The translations under genes and the position numbers were made by a program. A DNA stretch of 63,963 nt, the filler included, from Bigelowiella natans CCMP2755 (taxonomy: Eukaryota; Protista; Cercozoa), in assembly GCA_000320545.1 (NCBI GenBank). It is 6 parts of 6 records of this genome, joined end to end, with 100 filler letters (N's around TTAATTAATTAA, not from the genome) between each part and the next. Parts side by side here need not be neighbours in the genome. Positions count along the whole stretch, not along the records: positions 39,889 to 56,445 come from ADNK01003474.1; positions 56,546 to 62,706 come from ADNK01003102.1; positions 62,807 to 63,963 come from ADNK01001716.1; 3 more parts are not named here. One strand, given 5' to 3'. Numbering within the stretch: the first letter of the stretch is position 1; every line of letters begins with the position of its first letter. Positions 51,901 to 63,963 of this stretch are shown here, in pieces. The notes beneath the pieces were generated by a model. The model searched no databases. It saw only the letters and a list, made by a program, of their open reading frames with translations, and had not been told where the DNA came from.

Positions 51901-53370
51901 TTCTTGTGCCACATCCATCTTCCTCTTTCTGCTTTCTGACGGCAGGCCCACCTGCTGAGAAGACCCTTCATTCTCTTTTTGAAGAGGTTCGGAACCACTC
52001 TGTACACCAAGAACCTGCAAGCTATCCATCTGCATTTCCTCGGGATCCTCTTTGTTTTTCGGAGACACTCCAGAGCCCTTCTCCAACATGCTATCACAAT
52101 CCTGAAGATTTACATGTTTTGGCAGTAAATTGTCACCGCCTGCTTCCGAATTTGAAACCCCCCCTTGTGCTGATTTTGTATCATTGTTTGGTAGAATCGA
52201 GCTTGCTTCCACTGAAAATTTAGAACCCATATCGTTTTCAGGTTTAGATTGCAATACTTCTTCATTCCCCAAATCCTCAGGACTTTCAGGTTTGGGTTGT
52301 GTATCTTTTTTATCCTCCAGAGACAATTTTCTATGGATCTCGTATTCGGATTTGCGGTCGATACTCTCCGCAATCTTACATTCCGTATCCATACCATTTG
52401 AAGTGCCACACTCCTCACCAGTGGACGCATTATCAAAAATGTCGTTTGTAGCTTGGGTGCACATGAACTCAAAACCCTTGTCACTATCTTTCTCACGGTC
52501 TTCTTCTTCAGAATCCCGATCCAAGTCAGTGTCACTCAATCCTCCATCCATACCCATGTTATCCATGTTATTACACTCCTTCAGAGTTGCTATCTTGTTC
52601 TGACTAGGCACATTCTCTTTGGATGTAATATCACTTAATCCTCCATCCACATCTCGCTCCCTCGGAATCGTTGTCTTGTTATGATCAGGTACATTCTCTT
52701 TTGATGTTACGCTTTGGCTTTTCATATCATCTTCATACTTTGGCGACGGATTAGAAACAGTCGTCTGGACTTTGGCTAAAAACTCTGTAATTAGATTGCA
52801 GATGAGATCTTGGTCTTTAACACGAAATCAATGGAAGATAACCATAACCTTGCAATTGCTCTGAAAGAGATTTTTCGATGAAAGCCTCCACGGCGTCTTT
52901 GTTAAAGACCTTCATCACTTGACAGAGCAAAAGTGAGTCCACTTGGTGACGCAAACGCTTCAGCTTTTCGTGGTGACTGTCTTTCCCGAATTCCTGAGCC
53001 GACAACGATTCATTAATATTAAGGGTTTGGTCGAAATCCTCAACTGGCATACCGGTGGGGTAAGACTTGGAATATCAACTCTGTTCAGCAAACCCTGGCA
53101 GGCGTTCAGATAAGTTTCCTGGGTCGTCGATACATTGCCTTCTTTCAGCAATTCCCTGAGATCGCGAATCTCCGCTGTGATGTTATAAACATGTAAGCTA
53201 CGGAGCATGTGTGGGGAGTTCTTAGAATTATCCCATAACTGACCGGCTTTCTCGATGGGCGTAGTTCTCTCAAAATTGAAAACCGAAGGCGGGCCTTGTT
53301 CTAGTGCCAATGCGTATGTGACCTCCCCGCATCGCTCCTGCAAGCGGTCAAGCTCGCTCGAGACCCCCAT
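48999..53370 (-). CDS. Large acidic/coiled-coil protein with C-terminal tandem BRCT domains
   Basis: Exons splice in phase except for a 1-bp frameshift near 50428. BRCT1 reads IILLTGYKEG...LGGTV...DVTHCIAQGRTAKLLKALLKGIWVMDQSWI; BRCT2 reads PFDGMNF...GGGKF...LTWEGFLEKI. Confidence 0.85.
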
Positions 53371-54720
53371 GAAAGCACTTTAACTTCTCGAATTTAACAG
53401 ATTGATCCCGAAAATCTATGTCGCAAGGATTTCATCCCCGGTGCGACTTTTGAGCGAAATATATTTGAATACTCGCCCTTCAGCTTCACCTAAGCCCTTC
53501 CCCCTTGGGAATCCTGAAGGAATTATCCCGTAATCGGTTTTTCCTCTAAATTTCGGCCTGCATTCCACGCCGACCTGCAAGTTTAGCGGGAAAGAGTTTT
53601 GGTCGTTAATCCATTTTTTTTCAGAAAGTAAAATTTGTCTGTTGGTAAATATCGACTGTCGCAGGTGCATGAGCGGTGCGATTTCCTGGATTTCCAATTC
53701 ATTTCTCAAGGACGCCCGGATGCTCCGCACTCTCTCGAAAGGTCTTGCTGATCGGCCACAATCTAGCCCGTCTTGCCGTTGCTTGTCATTGCATTCCCAT
53801 CGATGTGGTGCTGCATCAAGCTGACTGTGAACATTGGCATCCACGAAACGTGCACATTTAACAGCAGACATCCATCACCGCTGCAGTGTGCACACCACCT
53901 CAGCCATGTTCAGCTTGATGTTGACAACATTGACAGTTGATCATCGTCTGGTCATCTGTCATTGTGCGCATTATCATGCCATTGGCGTGTTCACTGATCT
54001 AAATGGAGCTGACCCATGCAACAGACCTTTTGATGTTCATGTGAATCAATCCAATGAGTCGATCTGGCTAGAAGAGCTGGAGAGGCGTGCGCTTCGATTC
54101 TGTCCACTGCTAGACTAGCAAGTAGCTACCTAGCTAGCTAGTCCATACTAGCAGAACTAGTAGTGAGAAGTGGACAGCAGCAAATCATGCTGCACAGGTC
54201 CATTCGAGCCTTGTGCTTTTAGCTCAGCATGTGCACATTCAACTGGACTAGTGGAAATGGATGGGCATCATCTAGAGCACAGCCAAATTGACATTCCAAT
54301 CTGAAACTCATCATCTCTAGATCTAGCTAGCTAGGCGGCGCACATGCACAAGCCAAGTCCATGCATGTGATGTTCAAAGCGGCTACTGCGATGCGCCTGC
54401 AGTACGACAGAAAACAACACACACAGCCAGCAATGACTACAGAGGTATATTGAAAAAGACGGGGGGGGGGGGGGGGTAGAGCGGCAGAGAGATATAGAGG
54501 GAGAGAGGTGAAACTGGAAAGACAATGTCTCATTGTTGCTTATTCAAATGATGAATTCATCGTTACATAATCCTTTTATATATAATCTTACCTTGTACAG
54601 GCAGGGCACGCATTAGATATGAGGCACTGTGAAGTGACCAGCTACTTGCTATTGAGTGTTGGTGTCGTTGCACACACGCACACACACACACACAAACATA
54701 ACAAAAATAATATATATAAT

Positions 54721-54776
<56 letters not shown>

Positions 54777-54836
54777 CTAACATTTCATGACTTACACTTA
54801 AAGCGACTATTCAGTACAACATGCAGCATACCGTCG

Positions 54837-56014
54837 CTATCGACTGCTCGATCCTCTACTACGTCCATCAGCCCTTCGATTGGCACTGTTGGCCTGACGA
54901 CTACCATGACTACCACTACTACTACTACTACTACTATTACTACTACTACCATCACCACCATTACTACTACTACTACTACTACTACTACTATTGACCCCGC
55001 TCCTGCTGCTGCCAACATTCTCGGTGTTGCTTGTATTTCTGGTACTGCTGCTACTTCTACTGCTGCTGCTGCTGCTGCTGCTACTACTACTACTACTATA
55101 ACTACTACTTCTTCCAGGGCCATTATGGTTTATGTCGCGGCTTGATCTCAGGCGCTCATTTCGTGCTCCTCCTCCCCCCCCTCCTCCTCTGACAGGAGAT
55201 GGAGGCCGTTTCATGTCCACGGTGCGCCACGTGGTGCGACGGGTGCTGGTGCGAAGCGAAGCTCCTCTCTTCGGCGCGTGACTGCTCTGCTGTCGCTGCT
55301 GCTGCAGTAGGCGAGTGCGTTGAGGAGAAGGGGAGGACACACCCGAGGCCATGGCACTCTTTCCATTTGCTAAAATGGGAGGGGTGCTGCTGCTACTGCT
55401 ACCGCCGCGCATGCTCTCGTTATCTGGACTATTCCAGCTCTTGTAGCCACCTCGGTTTTCGTCCCCGCTGGGCGTCGACCCCCCCCCCCCCCCGCCACGG
55501 GGCGGGTCCACCCCAAACTCGAAGTATTTGTCCGCCATCGTGCCGCGCGCGGCAGCAATCGCAGCCGTGTTGTTGTTGTTGTTGTTGTCGCCGGTTGGAA
55601 TGGTGGGGGGGCTGGTGGGGGGGGCGTCGCTGCCAGCCCACATCCCCGCCTCACGGATGTTGGCATTCTCGATTGTCGGCTCGATGTACTTCGGCGTGAC
55701 TGGGGGGGGGAGAAGAATGAGAAGAAGAGAAAGAGGAAGAGGTGCTAGGAGGATATGGCGGGAGGAGTACAGAACTATCACGGCTAAGCAAAATACGCGT
55801 CTACCTTGCAGATCTGAATCAATCTCTATAATAGCCCCGTTGTTCCGCCCCCGACCGCAGTAGTTCGTTGCGGAGAATATGGTAATCAAATGGCCGTTTG
55901 CGAAGTACTCGTACCCATCCTCCACCACCTTGCGATGTATAGCAATAAGTAGAGAGAAAAAAGGCCACGCTGATCAAAACGTGCACAGTCGTCTAAAATG
56001 CTCAATTCTTTGTG

Positions 56015-56060
<46 letters not shown>

Positions 56061-56160
56061 ATGTGCTGTTGATTTTCTGTATAACCTGGTGCGCGCGTAC
56101 GATAAGATCAATGTCGTTTCTCTTGCAAAACCTCTGCACGACGTCCGGCCCAAAGACAAC
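54837..56160 (-). CDS. PPP-family Ser/Thr phosphatase, C-terminal part, BSL/PPKL-like
   Basis: VFGPDVVQRFCKRNDIDLIVRAHQ|VVEDGYEYFANGHLITIFSATNYCG...|VTPKYIEP and tail TWRTVDMKRPPSPVRG; 5' part lost at the 56446 spacer. Confidence 0.88.
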
Positions 56161-56445
56161 GGAGAGCTGATAATGATGATGATGATGATGATGGTGGTGG
56201 TGATGATGGCGCTGATGGTGATGATGATAAATGTTCATTTCATATCCTTGTCGCTCCTACCCTCCCTAAATCCCGCTATGATTTTCTCTTTCTCTCTCTC
56301 TCTCTCTCGCTCTCTGTCAAGAAAAAGAAAACCTTCCACTTCACGGGATTTGCGTATGCTCTCGACTCTGGTTTCCCGATGTGTTGCCTTATGGGATCGT
56401 CGTATAGGATTGCACGAGCAAAAGCCGTACAAGTCGTACGTCTCA

Positions 56446-56545
56446 NNNNNNNNNNNNNNNNNNNNNNNNNNNNNNNNNNNNNNNNNNNNTTAATTAATTA
56501 ANNNNNNNNNNNNNNNNNNNNNNNNNNNNNNNNNNNNNNNNNNNN
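56446..56545. other. Artificial gap spacer
   Basis: 44 N + TTAATTAATTAA + 44 N. Confidence 0.97.
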
Positions 56546-56798
56546 GAAGCAAGCCACCCAGGGCTAATCATGCCAGGGTTCAAATTATTCCTTTTAAAAG
56601 GATAAACGAGTTCCACCTCAAAACTGCCATGCCGCTGATGAGAATTAGCCCAAGAACTAGAACATTTTCAGCACCTGTATGGAAATCCTAGCTCTCAGAT
56701 GTTAAAAAGGTACACACACACACACACACACACTGAATAGAAACATAGTCATTACTTTGAGGTTGTACAAATTCGCTTCCTGAATTTGTCCTTGCTCC

Positions 56799-56845
<47 letters not shown>

Positions 56846-56976
56846 TGCACAAGCATATGAACATAAACATGCCTTGTGTATGTACGCAGCGCAAATATGT
56901 ATGCCAATATGTGTATGCACCAATCAGTGTAAAAGGCAATTTATTGGCACAAAAGATAAGAATGATTTATCGGTAC

Positions 56977-57083
56977 CCTTCCTCATATCCGTCGTCTTTG
57001 CCAGCATTCTTTAAGGTGATGAACTTCTTGTAAAGGTTTCCCACAACTTTACCGCATGTAAAACAGCGGACGGGTATGATCAT
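56977..57083 (-). CDS. RPB10: RNA polymerase subunit RPB10 (RPABC5), N-terminal half only
   Basis: [21 protein letters not shown]... followed by a GT donor; no RYCCRRM half found before the gap. Confidence 0.75.
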
Positions 57084-57162
57084 TGGTTCTGGGTGCCAAT
57101 TCTACAAATATCATAAGTCCAATTCAGTAACTCCCTTTGCAACATCAGTTGATTACCCGTTG

Positions 57163-57201
<39 letters not shown>

Positions 57202-57229
57202 ACATATATATATATATATATATATATAT

Positions 57230-57300
<71 letters not shown>

Positions 57301-57945
57301 TATATTCACATGCTATGTATGCCTGTGTGTTTCATGTTTGGGGAAGAGGACAACATTGCTACTTTTTACGCACTAACCGGGAGGTGAAGGGGCAGACGGA
57401 GTCTTAACTAAATGAGTGGCATTTTATTACTGCGACAAATCTGAAAAATCGTTTCGAAATTCTGACAATATACATGTCGCATTACACAAATTCCAGATAT
57501 TTATAGTTTTTCTGCATTATGAAAATCGAACAAAAAGGCCTACTTTTTCCCACATTTTTTCCTCTGTGCACACTGGTACAATTTCCGGATTTCCCATGGG
57601 ATCAGTGAACGATTGATGAACGCATCGCAGCCCTGGTGCTCCTGCAACTCCTGAAATAGACTTAAATTAATACACGGACAATAAATGCATGACGCAGTTC
57701 CAAAACTTTGAGCATTCCTGTACATCCTTTGTGTCAACGTGTCAACGTTAGTTTTGGGTTTGCAACTCCGCTTCCGAAAAAAATACACAAGCTGGATGTT
57801 AGTTCCGTATCAGATCCCGTCGTTAAATTATTAAGTATTTAGTAAAGTATTTCCGGTTTACTTGGTTGACGCAGACATGCTTTACGCTACATTTCCTTAC
57901 TTTTACGGTTTCAGAACTTGCGAATCGAAACGCCTGATACGAGTT

Positions 57946-58004
57946 CCGAGGTTGCGAAAACACACACACATTACCCGAGGTTGCGAAAACACACACACAC
58001 TACC
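57946..58004. repeat. 29-bp tandem duplication just upstream of the ATG at 58021
   Basis: CCGAGGTTGCGAAAACACACACACA x2 (57946 and 57975). Confidence 0.9.
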
Positions 58005-58020
58005 CAATTGGCCAACTGAT

Positions 58021-59739
58021 ATGCTGTCCATAGCCCTCTCCCTAGCCTTGCTGACTGCACAATCGCACGCGTCTACCGATCCCTGGGAATGGAGCTGTAA
58101 GTTGATATTCGAAGTTTTTCTCTTGGTAGCGAGCGTTTTGTAATCAAATTGTTGGTTTAAATACTCTTCAGCAACTTTCACCCTCAGTGCAGGGTCGTAC
58201 ACATGGCAGTCTCAGAAGACAGGCTGCCCCCTAACCGCCCAGGCATATGCAGATGCAACAATGATTGTTGCCATCATTCCAATCGATAACACTACTGGTA
58301 ACTCATTTAAAATTTTCTGTCGACTCCCCCCCCCCACTAACGGGAGTAACAAACCCCCCCTACCCCCCCCCCCCCCTCTTCTACGACATGTTAACTTACT
58401 TCTCTTAGCTGCTGCTCTTACCGCTGGAGAATCCGATGCAACGGCGGCTTTTAATGCTGCGGTGAACAAAAGTCCCGGCGAGGCACTGTCGGCAAACGGC
58501 GGAAACAACCTCGTTTTCGATAACTCTCTATCCACGAGCACGTTCCCCCTCACTATCACCACAGCAGGCAGCTATGGGATCTACGCCCAGCATGGCGTGA
58601 GTGAATTCGAGCACGATGAGCACTATCTTATCAACAGTGCAGGAGCAGACGTGGAAGCTGTAGCTGCAGGTGGGATGGTCTGAGTATATTCTTCTTGCAC
58701 ATTTCCTTCGTAGAAATTTTGACCGATCGTCCTCTCGGACAGGTGGCGGTGAGCATGCCCATGGGCATGCTACGTCATGTGTAACTCCCACTTGGAAGCG
58801 CCCTGACTGCTCCTGTACCGCAGCTGGTACCATCCATTGCGAAGATAGGTTGCAGATTCCTCCCTAAACATGCTCTTACTCTTCTACTGGAGCAACGATA
58901 TAGAACACATGACTGATTATTCGATGCTTTGTCCACAGTGCTCGGGTTGATGCAGCTTTCGACACTCTCATCGAAAACAAATGCAACGTAACTTGCAACT
59001 GCTACAATCAAGTATGCCAGGATGCATTCTTTATTCTGGACCAACACCACGCTGGTTGTAACGCGGATCAGCTCTCCCATAGGGTAGAGGTGGGCTTCCA
59101 CTGGTTCGAAGGAGCATGTGTAAGGTAGTAAACGTTGATCATCATGCATGGACAATGAAACTTATTTGGGCAGGGGGTCTGAAGATATCTGATTGTGTGT
59201 TATATAAAAGGTGCTACGAAAAGCCATTCCAAAACCCGGTCTTGGCTACCTGTGGAACATCGCGTTGTGTTAAGGCCGATGTAGCCTCCAATTTGACAAT
59301 AGTTACCCAATGTGTGAATAATAATCAGTGCAACGCCAACAATGCCACGTGTGCTGCTGCGTGGAATAACGTGATCCTGGAGCATGATTCTTGCTGCGAA
59401 TCCGACCTCCCTGATAATCTTGGAACCCTCTTCCACCAGTATGAAGAATCGTGCACGGCGGGATGCAATATTCCATTTAACGCCACCTATGCCACTAACT
59501 GTGCTGATGCTAAGAATACAGCATACGTACGCTCCTCCTCCAGTGACGACGATGATGATAAACTAAAAACTGGCGCCCTAGTCGCTATTGTCGTCGTCGT
59601 GGCGGTGGTAGTGATAGCCGTCTTATTCGGCCTCCTGTATTTCTGCTACTTGAAGCCCAAAACCATCGAAGAAGCTCAAACAGGACCCGTACCAATGGCG
59701 AGCGTAGCGGGTGTGGTTCAGCCCACTGCTGCGGTTTAG
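58021..59739 (+). CDS. Secreted, C-terminally membrane-anchored His/Cys-rich putative metal (zinc)-binding protein
   Basis: Six exons splice in phase: signal peptide; PWEWS...YTWQSQK...YADATM...AQHGVSEFEHDEHYL...GADVE domain; EHAHGH linker; two Cys/His repeats; TM ALVAIVVVVAVVVIAVLFGLLYFCYL. Confidence 0.8.
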
Positions 59740-61119
59740 ACGTCTCCAGGTCTCTGCACGTAAATTTCCGGGAAATTGAATTTGTGCACATGCATAGCAT
59801 GCACATCGGTTAGCTAGCTAGCTAGATTCAATTCGATCATACCAACGTAACGCGACCCAAAAACGAACTTTTAGAATGTGAGATCGCTCCTATAATTGAC
59901 AAGATCTACGCTGTCATCAGAGACAGTGAAATTCAATGTACCAAAAATTTGGCACATGCAAAAGCTGCGATGCAATGATGCTAATGATAGGATGATGCAA
60001 TGTTGTTGAAGATTTATACTAGTACTATATGCATGACTGCACAATCATCTGCACATCTATATATACATTTATTCAGATATCTAAGCTAGCTAGTACATAT
60101 GTAGCTATCTAGCTATGACGTAGATGCATCATCGCAACTTATTGCGATGGCTGGCTGCTGGTATGTACAGCCGCCTGCTAGCCTGCGCTGGTGTGCGCGC
60201 CTGTCTAGCTGTCACCGTCGTACCAGCGCCTCATTGTACAGTTGTACAGGCATCTTCGTTTTACGTCTACGCGTACATGTGGCTAAATGCTAGAATGGCT
60301 GAACTTTCTGTAAACATTATTTGCTTGCATGTGTAATGCAATATGAGGCGTTGAGCAGGCTAGCAGGGCGCCCATATATATATCCCATATCTAGATGTGC
60401 TCGGAGACAAACAAGTTATTCATGCGTGCATCATACCTACCATCAAGTTGATTTCAAGATTTAAGACTTACAAGTAAATAACAGTAAAGATATGTTACAT
60501 GATCTTTTATTCATTGCTAAGGACAATTGCTGCCGCTGCCTGCCAAAGTTGCTGTAAGCTTTCATTACACTAGTTCTGCCCCAAATTTGTCGCTTGTTAC
60601 ATTATTTCGGGATGTTTATCTACGTGAATTGCTCTCTAACTTTCAATATCTTGACAGAGTAGTCAAATTCGTCTGCTGCCATTGTCGGTCGATGCTACCA
60701 GAGTGCTGTTGTTTACGTGGAAGTTGGTGATAAATGCTAGTTGTCGCAGCTGGCTGTAATATGTTTCAATACTCGTGCTGACAGGCAGAATATGATATTG
60801 TGCTGTTTATTTGGGTATTTTTCAGGGAATAAATGGCCATTGATGATACGCCAAAAGCGGTTTTGAGTGAGCATGGAAAGACTGGTAAGCGGGGAGGAAG
60901 ATACACTCCCAAGTTGCCGGAGTAGTAACTTGGCTACTATGTGTGTGTGTGTGTGTGTGTGTTGTAGTATAGGCTCCCAAGAACTAGGTCGTTAGATTTG
61001 ACGAATGAATGCTTGGATGATGAGGATGCACAGTGTTGGCCTTTGGCAGCAGGCAAAGGAAAGCACCAAGTCCTCCCCTGACCCCGTGCTATTGAAGAAG
61101 TTTCTCCTCAGGAAGGAGC

Positions 61120-61197
61120 GTGCCGTTAACCAGATGCCACTCTCTCTTGAAATCGAGAGGTTGTATTTATGTTGGTAGTGGAGAAACCCTCCGCATT

Positions 61198-61231
<34 letters not shown>

Positions 61232-62135
61232 GTGAATGAGGGAATAATAGATGAGAATGCGGATATCATCTGGAATGCATCATCTTTCTGAAGAAGGCCA
61301 TGCCGCCAGCATCAGCGTCACCAGCCATGTGGCTCTCGCAAAAGTGATTCTTCTCGAGCTGTTCCCAACTCGTTAACACTGCAACAAACAAGCAAAACGT
61401 ATGTATTTCTTACAAAATGAAGACGACGACGAAGACGGAGACTATCACGCCAATACTGCAGCATCTGCTACTTCTGGTGAATCTTACTTTGCTGCTACCG
61501 CTACTATCCCCCCCCCCCATCCTTCTCTTCCTCATCGCACCAACTTACCCATAACGACTATGTAGTAATCGAAGCCCATGTTAAGGCAGTGCCAGATACT
61601 ATGGCTATTCAGCGCAACATCGAAGATGTTGGTCACCCGCTCAGGTACCTACAGCACCAACAAGAGAAGGATTGAACAAAGCAGAATCACAAGTAAGTGC
61701 ATAAATGTCAAACACACGTATATCACCGCAAACAAAAGAAGACACAACAAAAACAACATCCGAGCCAACAGAGGCTCGGTGCTTGCAGAATATAGATAGA
61801 CACCCCCAACAACACAAGATGCTCATTATTCTCGAAAAGGAAAGGCTGCTTCCTATTTCATCCAAAAGTAAGGACTAGTGACGGTTTCAGTGCTTCATGT
61901 CTACTAAGAGCAGCCTCTGAAAATAAGGTGACTTGATGACGTATAATCCCTCCCCCCCCCCCCCCTCCTCCGCCTATTTCTGCATACGAGACGTACCATC
62001 GAGGCATAGAAGAAGACTGCGACAATCTCAAATGCGAAGGCATAGAGTAGGTAGTAGTACTGAGGAGACGTGTGGAACCATCCTACATAGTGGGTATGAG
62101 TTATAGGTGTCCTCATCATCACCATCATCTTACTA

Positions 62136-62166
<31 letters not shown>

Positions 62167-62470
62167 CACGTGATTACGTCACGATGTAGAAAAGGTGTTT
62201 GACTCTACTACCATTCTCTAAGACGTTGGCGCCATACAGCCCGATAACGTACGGCACAACACAAGCGACCGAAACCCACACGCGAACTTGCCTCGACTCC
62301 TCCTTTTGGTACTCCGGCAGGATGCTCAGCAGGATGGCGAGGAATATCAGCACGGCGCCTACGATCTCGCAGAGCACTAGCCAAACCGGGTAGCAGTAAA
62401 GGTTAAGGTACACGGTGGAGGTGCCATACCCGAGGATGGTGATGAAGCACCCTGCGTAGTCGAAGATGCA
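61120..62470 (-). CDS. PAQR/hemolysin-III (AdipoR-like) membrane protein, 3' part (end uncertain)
   Basis: FDYAGCFITILGYG...LYCYPVW; FFYASM|VPERVTNIFDVALNSHSIWH (HxxWH zinc motif). Confidence 0.88.
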
Positions 62471-62564
62471 CAGGTAGCTGGATGTGCCTTTTTTTTTGCA
62501 AGGAAAAAGACGAGGAGGGGAGGGGGGGGGGGGGGCTTAAACTCAGGGCATATGTTATGCATGC

Positions 62565-62609
<45 letters not shown>

Positions 62610-62706
62610 CGGAAAAAAGGGAGGAAAAAAAGGGGGGAGTTGGGACCTCTCAGGCTTCCAAGAGAAACCCCCCAATTTGTCCCCAAATATAATGTGTAAA
62701 ATTTTT

Positions 62707-62806
62707 NNNNNNNNNNNNNNNNNNNNNNNNNNNNNNNNNNNNNNNNNNNNTTAATTAATTAANNNNNNNNNNNNNNNNNNNNNNNNNNNNNNNNNNNNNN
62801 NNNNNN
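62707..62806. other. Artificial gap spacer
   Basis: 44 N + TTAATTAATTAA + 44 N. Confidence 0.97.
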
Positions 62807-63056
62807 AAAAAAAAAAAAAAAATAAGTTCAGAGACACGCGGACGCTCAATATCACTATCATAAAAACATGTAAATGGAGCTCGACGAGGCCTCCCCCCCC
62901 CCCTCCCCCAGAGATATATTGAGCTTGCGCACAACCCTTTCCCCCCCCCCCCCCCCCCCCTCCTCCCTACTACCACTACTACTGCTACTACTACTACTCA
63001 GCAATTATGATAAAGCTAGAGCTGCTTCTTCTGGCATGCTTTATCAGCTCTATGCT

Positions 63057-63100
<44 letters not shown>

Positions 63101-63963
63101 AATGAAACGTTGTCTATCCGTTTATTCACGTGCGGTAGTTCTTACCGTTCCTATTTTGATTTTCTGCTCTTTCCGCATGGCTAGCAGGGTTGGCGTGTGC
63201 GTCGTGTGTGCGTCACGTGCTGCACCTTTTATGTTTTTAGGAGGTGGTGTGAGAGGGATGGAGGGGGGGAGGGGGGAGGGGGAAAGGGTTGTGCGGAAAA
63301 TATGTGTCCACGATTGTATGAATTTCAGATTTGGAATGCTGATTTACAAAGTGACGATTCTAGATGGTAAGGGCTGCCATCCTTAGGCTTTTTCACTAGT
63401 TGCGACAGATGATCAAGAAGAAGAAGAAGAAGAAGAAGAAGATGGAGGAATAGTAAATGGAAAAAAACCATGCGAAGAACTCCCCACACTATGCTCGAAA
63501 AAACCGCCTAGATGGCGAGTGCTTTATGATAGTAATCGTATATCGAGGTGCATCATCATCATCGTCATCATCATCATCAGCATCATCATACAACATCCAT
63601 ACTCATACATGAGTATGGTGTATTAGAACTCTGTTAATTTAGTGCAGTTTCGATATGGCGATGAAGGATGTTCTTCAGACGAATTTTGGTTTTGTTTCTG
63701 GTTGTTTTCCTTAGCCGGCGTGAGTGGATCCTGGTACACAGGCCCGGTACGATGATGACTGTGCTGATTTGGCGCGCGTGTGTGCGTGGTGTGTGAGAGG
63801 GCATGGGCAATGATGATGACGATGATGGTAGTGATGATGACTTTGAACGATGAGAATGATGGCGGTAGTAATGATGATGCTATTTGAAGCAAGAGTAGTA
63901 TGTACACATCCTACCAAGATGCGGCAGGGTCTTTCTCTACGCCATCGACTTACACACACACAC

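Noticed and set aside
62807-63963. Gene fragments in the last contig
   Set aside because: Only short low-complexity candidate exons; no supportable model.

Overview
Eukaryotic (protist or microalgal-type) nuclear DNA in six contigs joined by five artificial 100-bp spacers (44N-TTAATTAATTAA-44N). Genes broken at those spacers do not resume on the other side, so adjacency across them is unreliable. Most genes have GT-AG introns packed with (CA)n, (TA)n, (GA)n or (GAT)n microsatellites, and most of the ORF track is microsatellite noise. Splicing exons by hand gave: SRP54 (5' part), an Erv1/ALR sulfhydryl oxidase, a nicotianamine-synthase (NAS/CntL)-like gene, an intronless 2-TM orphan, a type-I membrane protein, a ZC3H3-like CCCH protein and a secreted DUF6259-like glycoside hydrolase. 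It also gave a multi-AP2-like protein, the 5' end of a Ty3/gypsy-like LTR retrotransposon (LTR, PBS, gag-protease), NFU1, a coiled-coil tandem-BRCT protein, a BSL/PPKL-like phosphatase (3' part), half of an RPB10, a secreted membrane-anchored His/Cys-rich putative metal-binding protein and a PAQR protein (3' part). The most interesting signal is a possible protist metal-acquisition toolkit: the intron-containing NAS/CntL-like metallophore synthase and, on a different contig, the modular His/Cys surface protein. All family calls come from motif recognition, not database searches. The organism cannot be named from this window.
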